Source: Bacteroidia bacterium
Lineage (GTDB): Bacteria; Bacteroidota; Bacteroidia; UKL13-3
NCBI GenBank assembly: GCA_965279165.1
Contig: OZ257140.1
Coordinates: 24,262-88,261 of the forward strand
Direction: 5' to 3'
DNA: 64,000 nt
The notes under the pieces were generated by a model, which saw only the letters and a list, made by a program, of their open reading frames with translations, was not told where the DNA came from and made no database searches. Made by a program: the position numbers and the translations under genes. Of this stretch, positions 19,091-26,865 are shown piece after piece. How positions within the stretch are numbered: the stretch's first letter is position 1; each line of letters begins with the position of its first letter.

Positions 19091-19105
19091 CAGGAGAAAA
19101 GGAAC

Positions 19106-19546
19106 ATGAAGATTATTTTAAAAGAAAACATGAAGAACCTTGGTGCGCAAGGTGATGTTGTAACTGTAAAAGACGGTTATGCAAACAATTTCCTTTTTCC
19201 TAAAGGAATGGCATTAATGGCAACTCCTTCTAACATGAAAATGATGGAAGAAAACAACCGCCAGGGTGCTAAAAAACGCGAAAAACTAAAAGTGGATGCA
19301 ACGGATATGGCAACCAAATTGGAAGGAATGACCATTACCATCGGAACAAAAGCCGGTGCAAATGATAAAATCTTCGGTTCCATTACCCCGTTACAAATTT
19401 CCCAAGCTTTAAAAGCCAAAGGAATTGAAATCGACCGCCGTAAAATTGAAGTTGCTGATATTAAATTATTGGGCAAATACGACGCTACCCTTAACCTACA
19501 CAGAGATGTAAAGGTGAATATTGGTGTAGAAGTTGTTGCTGAGTAA
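19106..19546 (+). CDS. rplI: 50S ribosomal protein L9
   Basis: 146 aa. MKIILKENMKNLGAQGDVVTVKDGYANNFLFPKG is the canonical L9 N-terminus. Confidence 0.92.
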   Translation: MKIILKENMKNLGAQGDVVTVKDGYANNFLFPKGMALMATPSNMKMMEENNRQGAKKREKLKVDATDMATKLEGMTITIGTKAGANDKIFGSITPLQISQALKAKGIEIDRRKIEVADIKLLGKYDATLNLHRDVKVNIGVEVVAE

Positions 19547-19571
19547 TATAATACCACACATAACTATTATA

Positions 19572-19599
19572 AAAGGCTGCCTTCGGGTGGCCTTTTTTT
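19572..19599 (+). terminator. Rho-independent terminator after rplI
   Basis: aaggctgcc-ttcg-ggtggcctt (with G-U pairs) followed by ttttt. Confidence 0.75.
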
Positions 19600-19643
19600 A
19601 TGGGTATTTTATTGTAATCTTGAATAACATCAAATCATGATCG

Positions 19644-20180
19644 ATGAATAAAATCATACTTGCCTTGTTACTTTTCGTATGTTTAATTTCCTGTCGCAGG
19701 AACACTTCAGATAAAAGCAAGTTGTCAATCAATGATAGTTTATTCAAGTACTATACAATTATTACCTCCTCACCTAATTATTTTCTATTGACATACAAAA
19801 CAGATAGTACAGATAAAGGCGTGCAAATATGCGTAGATACAGAGAGATTCGGTAAAGTTATCAAACGCAATCATCTTAAACATTTCTTGCAATTTGATGA
19901 ACACAAAATGCCTTATATTATTGATAGTGCGAGTTTCTTTTATAAAAAACTAGCCGTTGCTTATTATGATTTTACCTTAGTCGACAGCCTGGATAAATTT
20001 CTGCTTCCAACTATAGCTGATTCTATTCGCAAGGAAAGTATTAATCCGCATCCCAAATTATTATGGGATTACTATATCAAATTCGACAAATACTTTATTC
20101 ATGCTTTATTGCGCCATCAATTTTCTGTTTACCAAAATAAAATAACAGGATTCCCGATGTTACTTGAAAACAAGAAATAG
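19644..20180 (+). CDS. Hypothetical lipoprotein
   Basis: 178 aa. Lipobox LLFVCLISC. Confidence 0.5.
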   Translation: MNKIILALLLFVCLISCRRNTSDKSKLSINDSLFKYYTIITSSPNYFLLTYKTDSTDKGVQICVDTERFGKVIKRNHLKHFLQFDEHKMPYIIDSASFFYKKLAVAYYDFTLVDSLDKFLLPTIADSIRKESINPHPKLLWDYYIKFDKYFIHALLRHQFSVYQNKITGFPMLLENKK

Positions 20181-20280
20181 GATTATCCATTCGGAAAAGC
20201 GTGTTTTGAATGGTAGTTTTAACATTATAGTATATCTAAATTAAAAGGTAATATTGTATTATATGCTTCGTTTATCAACC

Positions 20281-21000
20281 ATGAAATTCCTCCTAATTTT
20301 ATTTACAGTTTTAACGGTAGTCTCCTGTAAAAAGGATGGAACAGGATCCGGCGGCAATTACAACCAAGACCAATATCCTCTAAAAGTTGGCAACAAATGG
20401 ACCTATTATACTTCTATTAAGGATACCTTAGGGAATACTTTACATAGCTATAATTTATTTTGGGAAGTAATTAGAACGGATACTGCCTTAGGGAAGCAAG
20501 TTTTCGTATTGGAACAAGTTTTGCATTCCGTTAATGCCAATACATATGATACAGTATATGAGTACCTGTTGAACGACCAAACGGGATTATTTGGAATAGC
20601 AGTGCAAGGCAATGGTGGTTTTAGTTTTTTTAAAGCCGGTGGTCAATCCTTTTCCAAGTTTTTCGGGTCTGATTCAATCGGACGATCAAACGAAAAATTT
20701 TATCCACCCGGTGGTGCGATTCAAATTCTGAAATATCCTTATAAAGTAGGTGTTAGATGGAACCGGTTCAAAGCAGAACATTCCCTTTGGTTTACTTATA
20801 TTTCGTTAAATGAGAATATTGAATATAATGGAATGAATAATAAAACAATAAGGATGGATTTAGAAGGTGGGAGAGAACATTATATCGATAAGGAAATTGG
20901 TCTTTTATTGGAAAAAGAAGTTTTGTGGCAAACCGATCTTAATGCAAATAGTAAGAAAGTAATTTATACGAATACCCTTGTGTCGCATAGTGTTCGGTAG
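20281..21000 (+). CDS. Hypothetical lipoprotein
   Basis: Start placed at ATG 20281 (MKFLLILFTVLTVVSC lipobox). No recognisable domain. Confidence 0.5.
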   Translation: MKFLLILFTVLTVVSCKKDGTGSGGNYNQDQYPLKVGNKWTYYTSIKDTLGNTLHSYNLFWEVIRTDTALGKQVFVLEQVLHSVNANTYDTVYEYLLNDQTGLFGIAVQGNGGFSFFKAGGQSFSKFFGSDSIGRSNEKFYPPGGAIQILKYPYKVGVRWNRFKAEHSLWFTYISLNENIEYNGMNNKTIRMDLEGGREHYIDKEIGLLLEKEVLWQTDLNANSKKVIYTNTLVSHSVR

Positions 21001-21197
21001 ATGTTAGTCATTAGTCAATGGACATTAGTAATTAGTCAATGGACATTGGTCATTAGCTATTCGGTAATAAAATTATCCTTAAAAAGATTCGCGACGCGTG
21101 CCTAATTACTTCCCGCATGTAAAAACTACGTCGTACCTCCTTGTTTTTATCGCGCGGGATTTTCAACATTTACTCATTTACCCAATTACTCATTTCC

Positions 21198-21329
21198 TTA
21201 AATCCGGATGTCTTCGAGAGCCTCAGACACCTTCATTCTGATTACTATTAAGCCTAACTTTTTAACGAGTTTTCCTTTGGTGTCATCATTGGCCAAATCA
21301 TCTATCAACTTTTCAAGCGACGTCGACAT
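21198..21329 (-). CDS. Possible 43-aa small protein downstream of phoH2
   Basis: Below the track cutoff. Translates as MSTSLEKLIDDLANDDTKGKLVKKLGLIVIRMKVSEALEDIRI. Flanked on both sides by the word repeat tttactcatttac(c/t)caattactcatttcct. No homology evidence. Confidence 0.25.
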   Translation of the reverse strand: MSTSLEKLIDDLANDDTKGKLVKKLGLIVIRMKVSEALEDIRI

Positions 21330-21366
21330 ATTTACTCACTTACTCATTTACTCAATTACTCATTTC

Positions 21367-22698
21367 CTACAACAATTGGTTTGCCAAATTCGCCAACTCA
21401 CTTCTTTCCCCTTTTTCTAACGTGATATGCGCATGCAAAGGATTATCGCGTATGCGGTCGATTAAATAGGAGAGTCCATTGGATTGTGAATCCAAGTAAG
21501 GTGTATCAATTTGGAAAATATCGCCGGTAAATACAATTTTAGTTCCTTCTCCGGCACGGGTAATGATGGTTTTTACTTCAAGCGGAGTGAGGTTTTGCGC
21601 TTCATCAATGATGAACATGATATTGGATAAACTTCTTCCACGTATATATGCCAAAGGTGTAACCAGCAATTTTTCCTGGTTAACCATATCTGTAATTTTT
21701 TGGTATTCCTTGTCGGTTTCTTTCCATTGGTTTTGAATCAATTTTAAATTATCCCATAATGGTTCCATGTAAGGATTAATTTTTGATTTGATATCGCCCG
21801 GTAGAAATCCAATATCTTTATTGCTTAATGGAATGATTGGACGTGCTAAATAAATTTGTCGGTAGTCTTGTTTTTGCTCCATGGCAGCCGCAAGTGCCAG
21901 CAATGTTTTTCCGGTACCTGCAACACCTTGTATGGTTACCAGTTGTACATGTGGATTAAGCACAGCATGCAAAGCAAACGTTTGTTCTGCATTGCGTGGT
22001 TTAATTCCATAGGCATTTCGTTTGTCAATTCGTTCTATACTTTCGTTGATTGGATTATAATAACACAATACAGAAGCTTTAGCGGTGCGCAACAAATAAT
22101 AATGGTTTGCAACCGGTTTTTCGTCAAACAACAAATCAAACGAAATAAAACCTTCGGCATAAATCCGATCAATTACCGATTGCTTTACATTTTCGATAAT
22201 GGTTTTCCCGGTATGTAAATGGTCTACATTCTTAATCTTACCTGTTTCATAATCTTCTGCCAAAAGGTTTAATGATTTAGCCTTTAAACGCAGGTTAACA
22301 TCTTTGGTAACCATGATTACTTTACGGCCCGGAAATTCTTCCCGCATTGCCAAAGCAGCATTCAGAATACGGTGATCTGCCTTGCGTTCGCCAAATACTT
22401 TTTCGGCGTCGATGCTCGCGCTTTGTTGCATGACCACTTTAAACTTACCACGACTCCTTCCATTAATCGGAATCCAATCGCTAAGGGTATATTCTCCGGA
22501 TAGTTTGTCGAGGTAACGGATAAATTCCCTTGCCTCAAAATTGATGGTATCGTTGCCTTTTTTAAAATTATCTAATTCCTCTAATACCGTGATTGGGATT
22601 GCTACATCGTGTTCCTGAAAATTCTTTATTGCATTGTGATCGTAAAGTATAACAGAGGTATCGAGTACAAATATTTTTCTCTCTTCTTTTTTCGCCAT
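21367..22698 (-). CDS. PIN-domain/PhoH-family ATPase fusion (PhoH2/YlaK-like)
   Basis: 443 aa. N-terminal PIN-like KIFVLDTSVILYD. PhoH ATPase with Walker A GVAGTGKT and IIDEAQN. Confidence 0.85.
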   Translation of the reverse strand: MAKKEERKIFVLDTSVILYDHNAIKNFQEHDVAIPITVLEELDNFKKGNDTINFEAREFIRYLDKLSGEYTLSDWIPINGRSRGKFKVVMQQSASIDAEKVFGERKADHRILNAALAMREEFPGRKVIMVTKDVNLRLKAKSLNLLAEDYETGKIKNVDHLHTGKTIIENVKQSVIDRIYAEGFISFDLLFDEKPVANHYYLLRTAKASVLCYYNPINESIERIDKRNAYGIKPRNAEQTFALHAVLNPHVQLVTIQGVAGTGKTLLALAAAMEQKQDYRQIYLARPIIPLSNKDIGFLPGDIKSKINPYMEPLWDNLKLIQNQWKETDKEYQKITDMVNQEKLLVTPLAYIRGRSLSNIMFIIDEAQNLTPLEVKTIITRAGEGTKIVFTGDIFQIDTPYLDSQSNGLSYLIDRIRDNPLHAHITLEKGERSELANLANQLL

Positions 22699-22856
22699 GG
22701 TTTAAATCAATAATAAGTTCAAGATATAAGGTGCAAAATCAAGATGCCCTAAAAAGTTGTAAACAAATGTGCAAAGCTTGTAATCGCGTTAAATACAAGT
22801 AACGTGGTGTTAATACATTCTAAGATATTATATACATTTACAGCCAATTCACTTCC

Positions 22857-23807
22857 ATGAAATTCAAACTAGATTTTGAAATACCTGCTTCTAAGCAACA
22901 AATAAGTATTAAGAAACCAATATTACTGGCAGGTTCGTGTTTTGCCGAACATATCGGAAACAGATTACAAACCAGTAAATTTAATGTGGTCCTTAATCCG
23001 AATGGAATTTTATTTAACCCTATAAGTATTTGTAAAAGTATTGTAGATATTGTGGAAGAATCAATCCCTTCTGGGTTGGATTTATTTGAATACAACGGAG
23101 TTTGGTATTCGTGGCAACACCATGGAAAGTTTAATGCGCCAACAAAAGAAGTGCTTTTTGAACGTATTGTAAAGGAAAGAAAAGAGGCATTAGAACAGTT
23201 TAAAAATGCGGATTGGTTGGTAATTACATTTGGTAGTGCTTGGGTTTATGAACTTAAAGACAGCCATCATATAGTAGCAAACTGCCATAAGGTTCCTCAA
23301 AAACAATTTAACAAACGGTTATTGACCATTGAAGAGATTTCAAATGCATGTAAGTCGATATTAGAACATGAAAAGCTAAAAAATAAGAAAATTTTGTTTA
23401 CGGTAAGTCCGGTAAGATATATACGCGATGGATTGGTGGAAAATAACAGAAGTAAGGCCCACTTACTTTCTGCTGTCCACCAGATTTGTAGCACCTATTC
23501 AAATGCGTATTATTTTCCTGCGTATGAGATAGTTTTGGACGAACTACGGGATTACCGTTTTTTTGAAAAGGATATGGTACATCCGAATGAATTGGCAATT
23601 GATTATGTATTTGAAAAATTTGTTGAAACTTATGTGGATGCAGAAACGCAATTATTCATAAAAAACTGGACTGAAATTCAATTGGCCATGCATCATCGGC
23701 CAATTCATCCCGAATCAAATCAACACAAGGAGTTTATACGCAGTTATCAATCAAAATTAGACCAAATGATAATAAAGTATCCGGAACTGAATCTAAAGCT
23801 GCATTAG
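22857..23807 (+). CDS. GSCFA-domain protein
   Basis: 316 aa. Contains the eponymous motif LLAGSCFAEHIG near the N-terminus. Confidence 0.75.
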   Translation: MKFKLDFEIPASKQQISIKKPILLAGSCFAEHIGNRLQTSKFNVVLNPNGILFNPISICKSIVDIVEESIPSGLDLFEYNGVWYSWQHHGKFNAPTKEVLFERIVKERKEALEQFKNADWLVITFGSAWVYELKDSHHIVANCHKVPQKQFNKRLLTIEEISNACKSILEHEKLKNKKILFTVSPVRYIRDGLVENNRSKAHLLSAVHQICSTYSNAYYFPAYEIVLDELRDYRFFEKDMVHPNELAIDYVFEKFVETYVDAETQLFIKNWTEIQLAMHHRPIHPESNQHKEFIRSYQSKLDQMIIKYPELNLKLH

Positions 23808-23879
23808 GATACTCTTCAACGCATGAATAGGGTAGAGGTGCAATGGATATGATTTGAAATAGCTTTTGTCCATTTTAAG

Positions 23880-24041
23880 CCTTAAATTCGCCCCACTTTA
23901 TTGGTCTCGTAGTACAACGCCTGCCCGACCGACATAGTCGGGCGGGGATAGTATACCTGCCTGCTAATAAGCAGGGAAGTTTCCGAAGCTTTTGATTCAG
24001 GTTCCCTGCCCGACTGCGTCACGCAGGCGGGGATTCCTGAC
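23880..24041 (+). pseudogene. Disrupted copy of tRNA-Arg(CCG): leader plus nt 1-64, split by three hairpin insertions
   Basis: Same 23-nt leader (ccttaaattcgccccactttatt) and same tRNA segments as 24303-24389. Interrupted at 23920-23946, 23956-23975 and 24005-24031 by cctgcc...g(c/g)(a/g)gg hairpins. The 3' acceptor strand is missing. Confidence 0.8.
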
Positions 24042-24056
24042 AAAATCAGTAAAATT

Positions 24057-24302
24057 ATGTTCATAGTTTATATCATAGAAAGTGAGAAAGATGGAATCTG
24101 GTATACTGGATTTACACAAGACCTTCAAAGAAGAATCAAAGAGCATAACACAGGTAAATCAAAATTCACTTCAGGTCATATGCCTTGGAAACTAATTTAT
24201 TCGGAAACAGTTGAAGAAAGAATTGACGCAAGAAAGAAAGAAAAATATTTTAAGAGCGCAGCAGGTAAAAAGTATATTTCAATACAAATTTCAAAAAGTT
24301 AA
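24057..24302 (+). CDS. Small GIY-YIG nuclease-family protein (UPF0213/COG2827-like)
   Basis: 81 aa. FIVYIIES..GIWYTGFTQDLQRRIKEHN is the GIY-x10-YIG-type motif plus a conserved Arg and Glu. Confidence 0.8.
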   Translation: MFIVYIIESEKDGIWYTGFTQDLQRRIKEHNTGKSKFTSGHMPWKLIYSETVEERIDARKKEKYFKSAAGKKYISIQISKS

Positions 24303-24325
24303 CCTTAAATTCGCCCCACTTTATT

Positions 24326-24397
24326 GGTCTCGTAGTACAACGGATAGTATAGAAGTTTCCGAAGCTTTTGATTCAGGTTCGATTCCTGACGAGACCA
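24326..24397 (+). tRNA. tRNA-Arg (anticodon CCG)
   Basis: Cloverleaf read by hand: GGTCTCG TA GTAC AACGGATA GTAT A GAAGT TTCCGAA GCTTT TGAT TCAGG TTCGATT CCTGA CGAGACC A. Perfect acceptor stem. No encoded CCA. Confidence 0.85.
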
Positions 24398-24442
24398 CAT
24401 ATTTATTCTTGCGTAAGCGCTTAACATAAAAGATTATTTCAA

Positions 24443-24690
24443 TTCAGGTTCCCTGCCTGACTGCGTCACGCAGGCAGGGATTCCTGACGAGACCACGATT
24501 TATTCGCGCATAAGTTCTAAGAATAAAAGCAACTTTCAATTCAGGTTCCCTGCCTGACTGCGTCACGCAGGCAGGGATTCCTGACGAGACCACGATTTAT
24601 TCGCGCATAAGTTCTAAGAATAAAAGCAACTTTTAATTCAAGTTCCCTGCCTGACTGCGTCGCGCAGGCGGGGATTCCTGACAAGACCAC
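24443..24690 (+). repeat. Three 97-bp repeats of the tRNA-Arg(CCG) 3' half with a hairpin inside the T-loop
   Basis: Units start at 24443, 24540 and 24637. Each reads ttcaggttc + cctgcctgactgcgtcacgcaggcagg + gattcctgacgagaccac + a ~45-nt trailer homologous to the trailer of the intact tRNA (24398-24442). Confidence 0.9.
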
Positions 24691-24750
24691 ATGAATCAGA
24701 GTGAGAGTGAGAGTGGGAGCGGTTCCAACGATTGAATTGTATCAGAAGAA

Positions 24751-24789
24751 GTGTGAATCATGTAATTTAATTACTTGATAATGTAATAC
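24751..24789 (+). promoter_or_regulatory. Bipartite motif GTGTGAATCATGTAA-N16-TGTAATAC (site 1)
   Basis: Starts 99 nt upstream of ATG 24850. The same architecture occurs at 25441 and 35105. Confidence 0.5.
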
Positions 24790-24849
24790 CCCAACAAAAC
24801 TTGAAGCAGACATTTGGAAGGTGAAAATATTTTCACAAACATCATCCAA

Positions 24850-25347
24850 ATGAAAATTATACTTCGCCTTGTGTTGAGCCTGTTTCTTTATATGCCAATA
24901 CTAAATGCCCAGGTTTCTGTTCAAATAAATATTGGTAGTCCTCCAATGTGGGGCCCCGTAGGTTACCAGGAAGCACGTTATTATTACATTCCGGATGTGG
25001 AGGCTTACTATGATATCCATACCTCTATGTTCATTTACTACAGTGGCGGAATATGGATGCATCGCAGCTATCTGCCAGGTCGTTATCGGAATTATGATTT
25101 GTACTCAGGTTACAAAGTGGTTTTAACCAATTATCATGGCGATAGGCCATATTCAAATTATTCGCATCACAAACACCAATATGCGAAAGGCTATAAAGGT
25201 TCGTACCAACAAAATAGAGGTCATAAGCCGGGAAATAACAATGGCAATGTACACCAAAACAGTTCATCAAATCACGATCAACATGCAGGAAATAATGGCA
25301 ACAAAAATCAAAAACAATCTAACGGTAAAGGAAAAAGCCAACACTAA
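24850..25347 (+). CDS. Hypothetical secreted protein with Asn/Gly/His/Gln-rich tail
   Basis: Start placed at ATG 24850 (MKIILRLVLSLFLYMPILNAQ signal peptide). Tyr/Trp-rich core and a low-complexity C-terminus. Confidence 0.6.
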   Translation: MKIILRLVLSLFLYMPILNAQVSVQINIGSPPMWGPVGYQEARYYYIPDVEAYYDIHTSMFIYYSGGIWMHRSYLPGRYRNYDLYSGYKVVLTNYHGDRPYSNYSHHKHQYAKGYKGSYQQNRGHKPGNNNGNVHQNSSSNHDQHAGNNGNKNQKQSNGKGKSQH

Positions 25348-25404
25348 CAAGTGAGTTAATCTTTATTCAATTTCTTATCCCCTCATACGCTTTAATTAAA
25401 CCAA

Positions 25405-25436
25405 ACACCCGGTCAGATTGCCCGGGTGTTTTTTTT
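25405..25436 (+). terminator. Rho-independent terminator
   Basis: acacccgg-tcagattgc-ccgggtgt followed by a T8 run. Confidence 0.85.
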
Positions 25437-25440
25437 AAGG

Positions 25441-25479
25441 TGTGAATCATGTAACTAGTTTTATTAGTTCTATAACACT
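25441..25479 (+). promoter_or_regulatory. Bipartite motif GTGTGAATCATGTAA-N16-TATAACAC (site 2)
   Basis: Starts 101 nt upstream of the csbD-like ATG 25542, directly after the preceding terminator. Confidence 0.5.
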
Positions 25480-25541
25480 TGGAAGAGCATATACCCTCAC
25501 TTTTGAATCTTAATTAACCATTTCAATAAAAATCAAATACA

Positions 25542-25730
25542 ATGAAAAACACAACAGAATTAACAGGTAACTGGAATGAAATCAAAGGGAAGCTAAAGCA
25601 AAAATTTGCCTTGTTAAGCGACAATGATTTATTGCTTGTGGAAGGTAAGAACGAAGAGTTGCTTGGCCGTCTGCAAATTAAATTAGGCAAAACCAAAGAC
25701 GAATTAGCTAAACTAATCTCGGAATTATAA
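25542..25730 (+). CDS. CsbD-family stress protein
   Basis: 62 aa. [36 protein letters not shown] matches the CsbD pattern. Confidence 0.8.
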   Translation: MKNTTELTGNWNEIKGKLKQKFALLSDNDLLLVEGKNEELLGRLQIKLGKTKDELAKLISEL

Positions 25731-25758
25731 ACATTAATCAAGTTTTAAAAATAACACC

Positions 25759-26316
25759 ATGAAAAAATCATTTTTAATTATATTACTTATTCTGTCTGGA
25801 TTAGGTAAATCACATGCCCAAGAGAGTTATGGCAATACTTTAAACTTCGGAATTGGGGTAGGCGGATACTCCGGGTATTACGGTTATGTTAATCGTTCAA
25901 TGCCGGTATTGCACCTTAACTATGAGTTTAATGCTGCAAAAAATTTCACCCTGGCTCCATTCATTTCTTTCTACACATACACCAATACTTATTGGTGGGG
26001 AAATAACAACAGACCGTATGCATATTATACTTACAGAGAAACCGTTATTCCAATTGGCCTAAAAGGTACATTTTATGCCGATCAATTGCTGGCCTTAAAC
26101 AACAAATGGGATATTTATTTGGCCGGATCCTTAGGATTTGCATTGGTAGAAGCTTCTTGGGAAAATGGGTATGATGGAGATAAGAATTATTACCATAGAG
26201 GTAGTAACTTATTTCTTGATATTCATATTGGTGCCGAATACCATTTTAGCAAGAGAATAGGTGGCTTTGTTGATTTATCAAGCGGAGTTTCTACGATTGG
26301 AATTGCCATTCATTAA
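25759..26316 (+). CDS. Small outer-membrane beta-barrel protein
   Basis: 185 aa with signal peptide. Alternating aromatic/glycine beta-strand pattern and a C-terminal aromatic-rich strand. Confidence 0.6.
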   Translation: MKKSFLIILLILSGLGKSHAQESYGNTLNFGIGVGGYSGYYGYVNRSMPVLHLNYEFNAAKNFTLAPFISFYTYTNTYWWGNNNRPYAYYTYRETVIPIGLKGTFYADQLLALNNKWDIYLAGSLGFALVEASWENGYDGDKNYYHRGSNLFLDIHIGAEYHFSKRIGGFVDLSSGVSTIGIAIH

Positions 26317-26330
26317 TAAAATTAAATAAT

Positions 26331-26489
26331 ATGAACAACTTACTTTATGCAATTGCCGTAATTCTGGTTATAGCATGGGCCATTGGATTTCTTGGCTATA
26401 ACTCAGGTGGTATCATCCACATCTTATTGGTAATTGCCTTGATTGCCATCATACTTAGGATTATTCAAGGAAAGAAAATTATCGATTAA
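26331..26489 (+). CDS. Small two-helix membrane protein (lmo0937-family-like)
   Basis: 52-aa ORF below the track cutoff: MNNLLYAIAVILVIAWAIGFLGYNSGGIIHILLVIALIAIILRIIQGKKIID. Family assignment from recollection of the pattern. Confidence 0.5.
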   Translation: MNNLLYAIAVILVIAWAIGFLGYNSGGIIHILLVIALIAIILRIIQGKKIID

Positions 26490-26514
26490 CAACTCTCATC
26501 TAACAATCATTATC

Positions 26515-26811
26515 ATGAAAAAAATAACAAAAATAATTCTGGGACTTAGCATTTGCCTGTTGGTTAATGCACCTTTAACATTTGCAGGGTCGGCTCAACC
26601 GGTAGATTCGAGAACCCAAAGCATTGTGCTTATTCATCGTTTAGATCAAATTCAAAAAATGGATAAGTCAAAATTAACTTCTGTTGAAAAGAAAACCCTT
26701 GGCAACGAAGTGAAAAGCATTCATAAATCTTTGAAAACTATGGATGGGGGAATCTATATTTCAGTAGGTGCTATCATTATCATTCTGCTTTTATTAATCA
26801 TTTTATTATAA
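26515..26811 (+). CDS. Hypothetical exported protein with C-terminal membrane anchor
   Basis: Start placed at ATG 26515 (MKKITKIILGLSICLLVNAPLTFA). C-terminal hydrophobic IIIILLLLIILL. Confidence 0.5.
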   Translation: MKKITKIILGLSICLLVNAPLTFAGSAQPVDSRTQSIVLIHRLDQIQKMDKSKLTSVEKKTLGNEVKSIHKSLKTMDGGIYISVGAIIIILLLLIILL

Positions 26812-26865
26812 AGTAAACCCAGGATATTCTTAACATTAATCTATAACAAAATTAAAACAATCAAT

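Noticed and set aside
19177-19557. 126-aa minus-strand ORF
   Set aside because: It is antisense to rplI, which has an unmistakable L9 N-terminus. Shadow ORF.
21208-21420. 70-aa plus-strand ORF
   Set aside because: It runs through word-repeat DNA and into the 3' end of the PhoH2 gene on the other strand. It is Ser/Leu/Phe-rich with no motifs. The minus-strand 43-codon ORF is a slightly better, though still weak, candidate.
23882-24429. Track ORFs 23882-24064 (minus) and 24211-24429 (plus)
   Set aside because: Both are made of tRNA-derived sequence and GC-rich hairpins, or overlap the GIY-YIG 3' end and the intact tRNA-Arg(CCG). The RNA and repeat interpretation explains the sequence fully.
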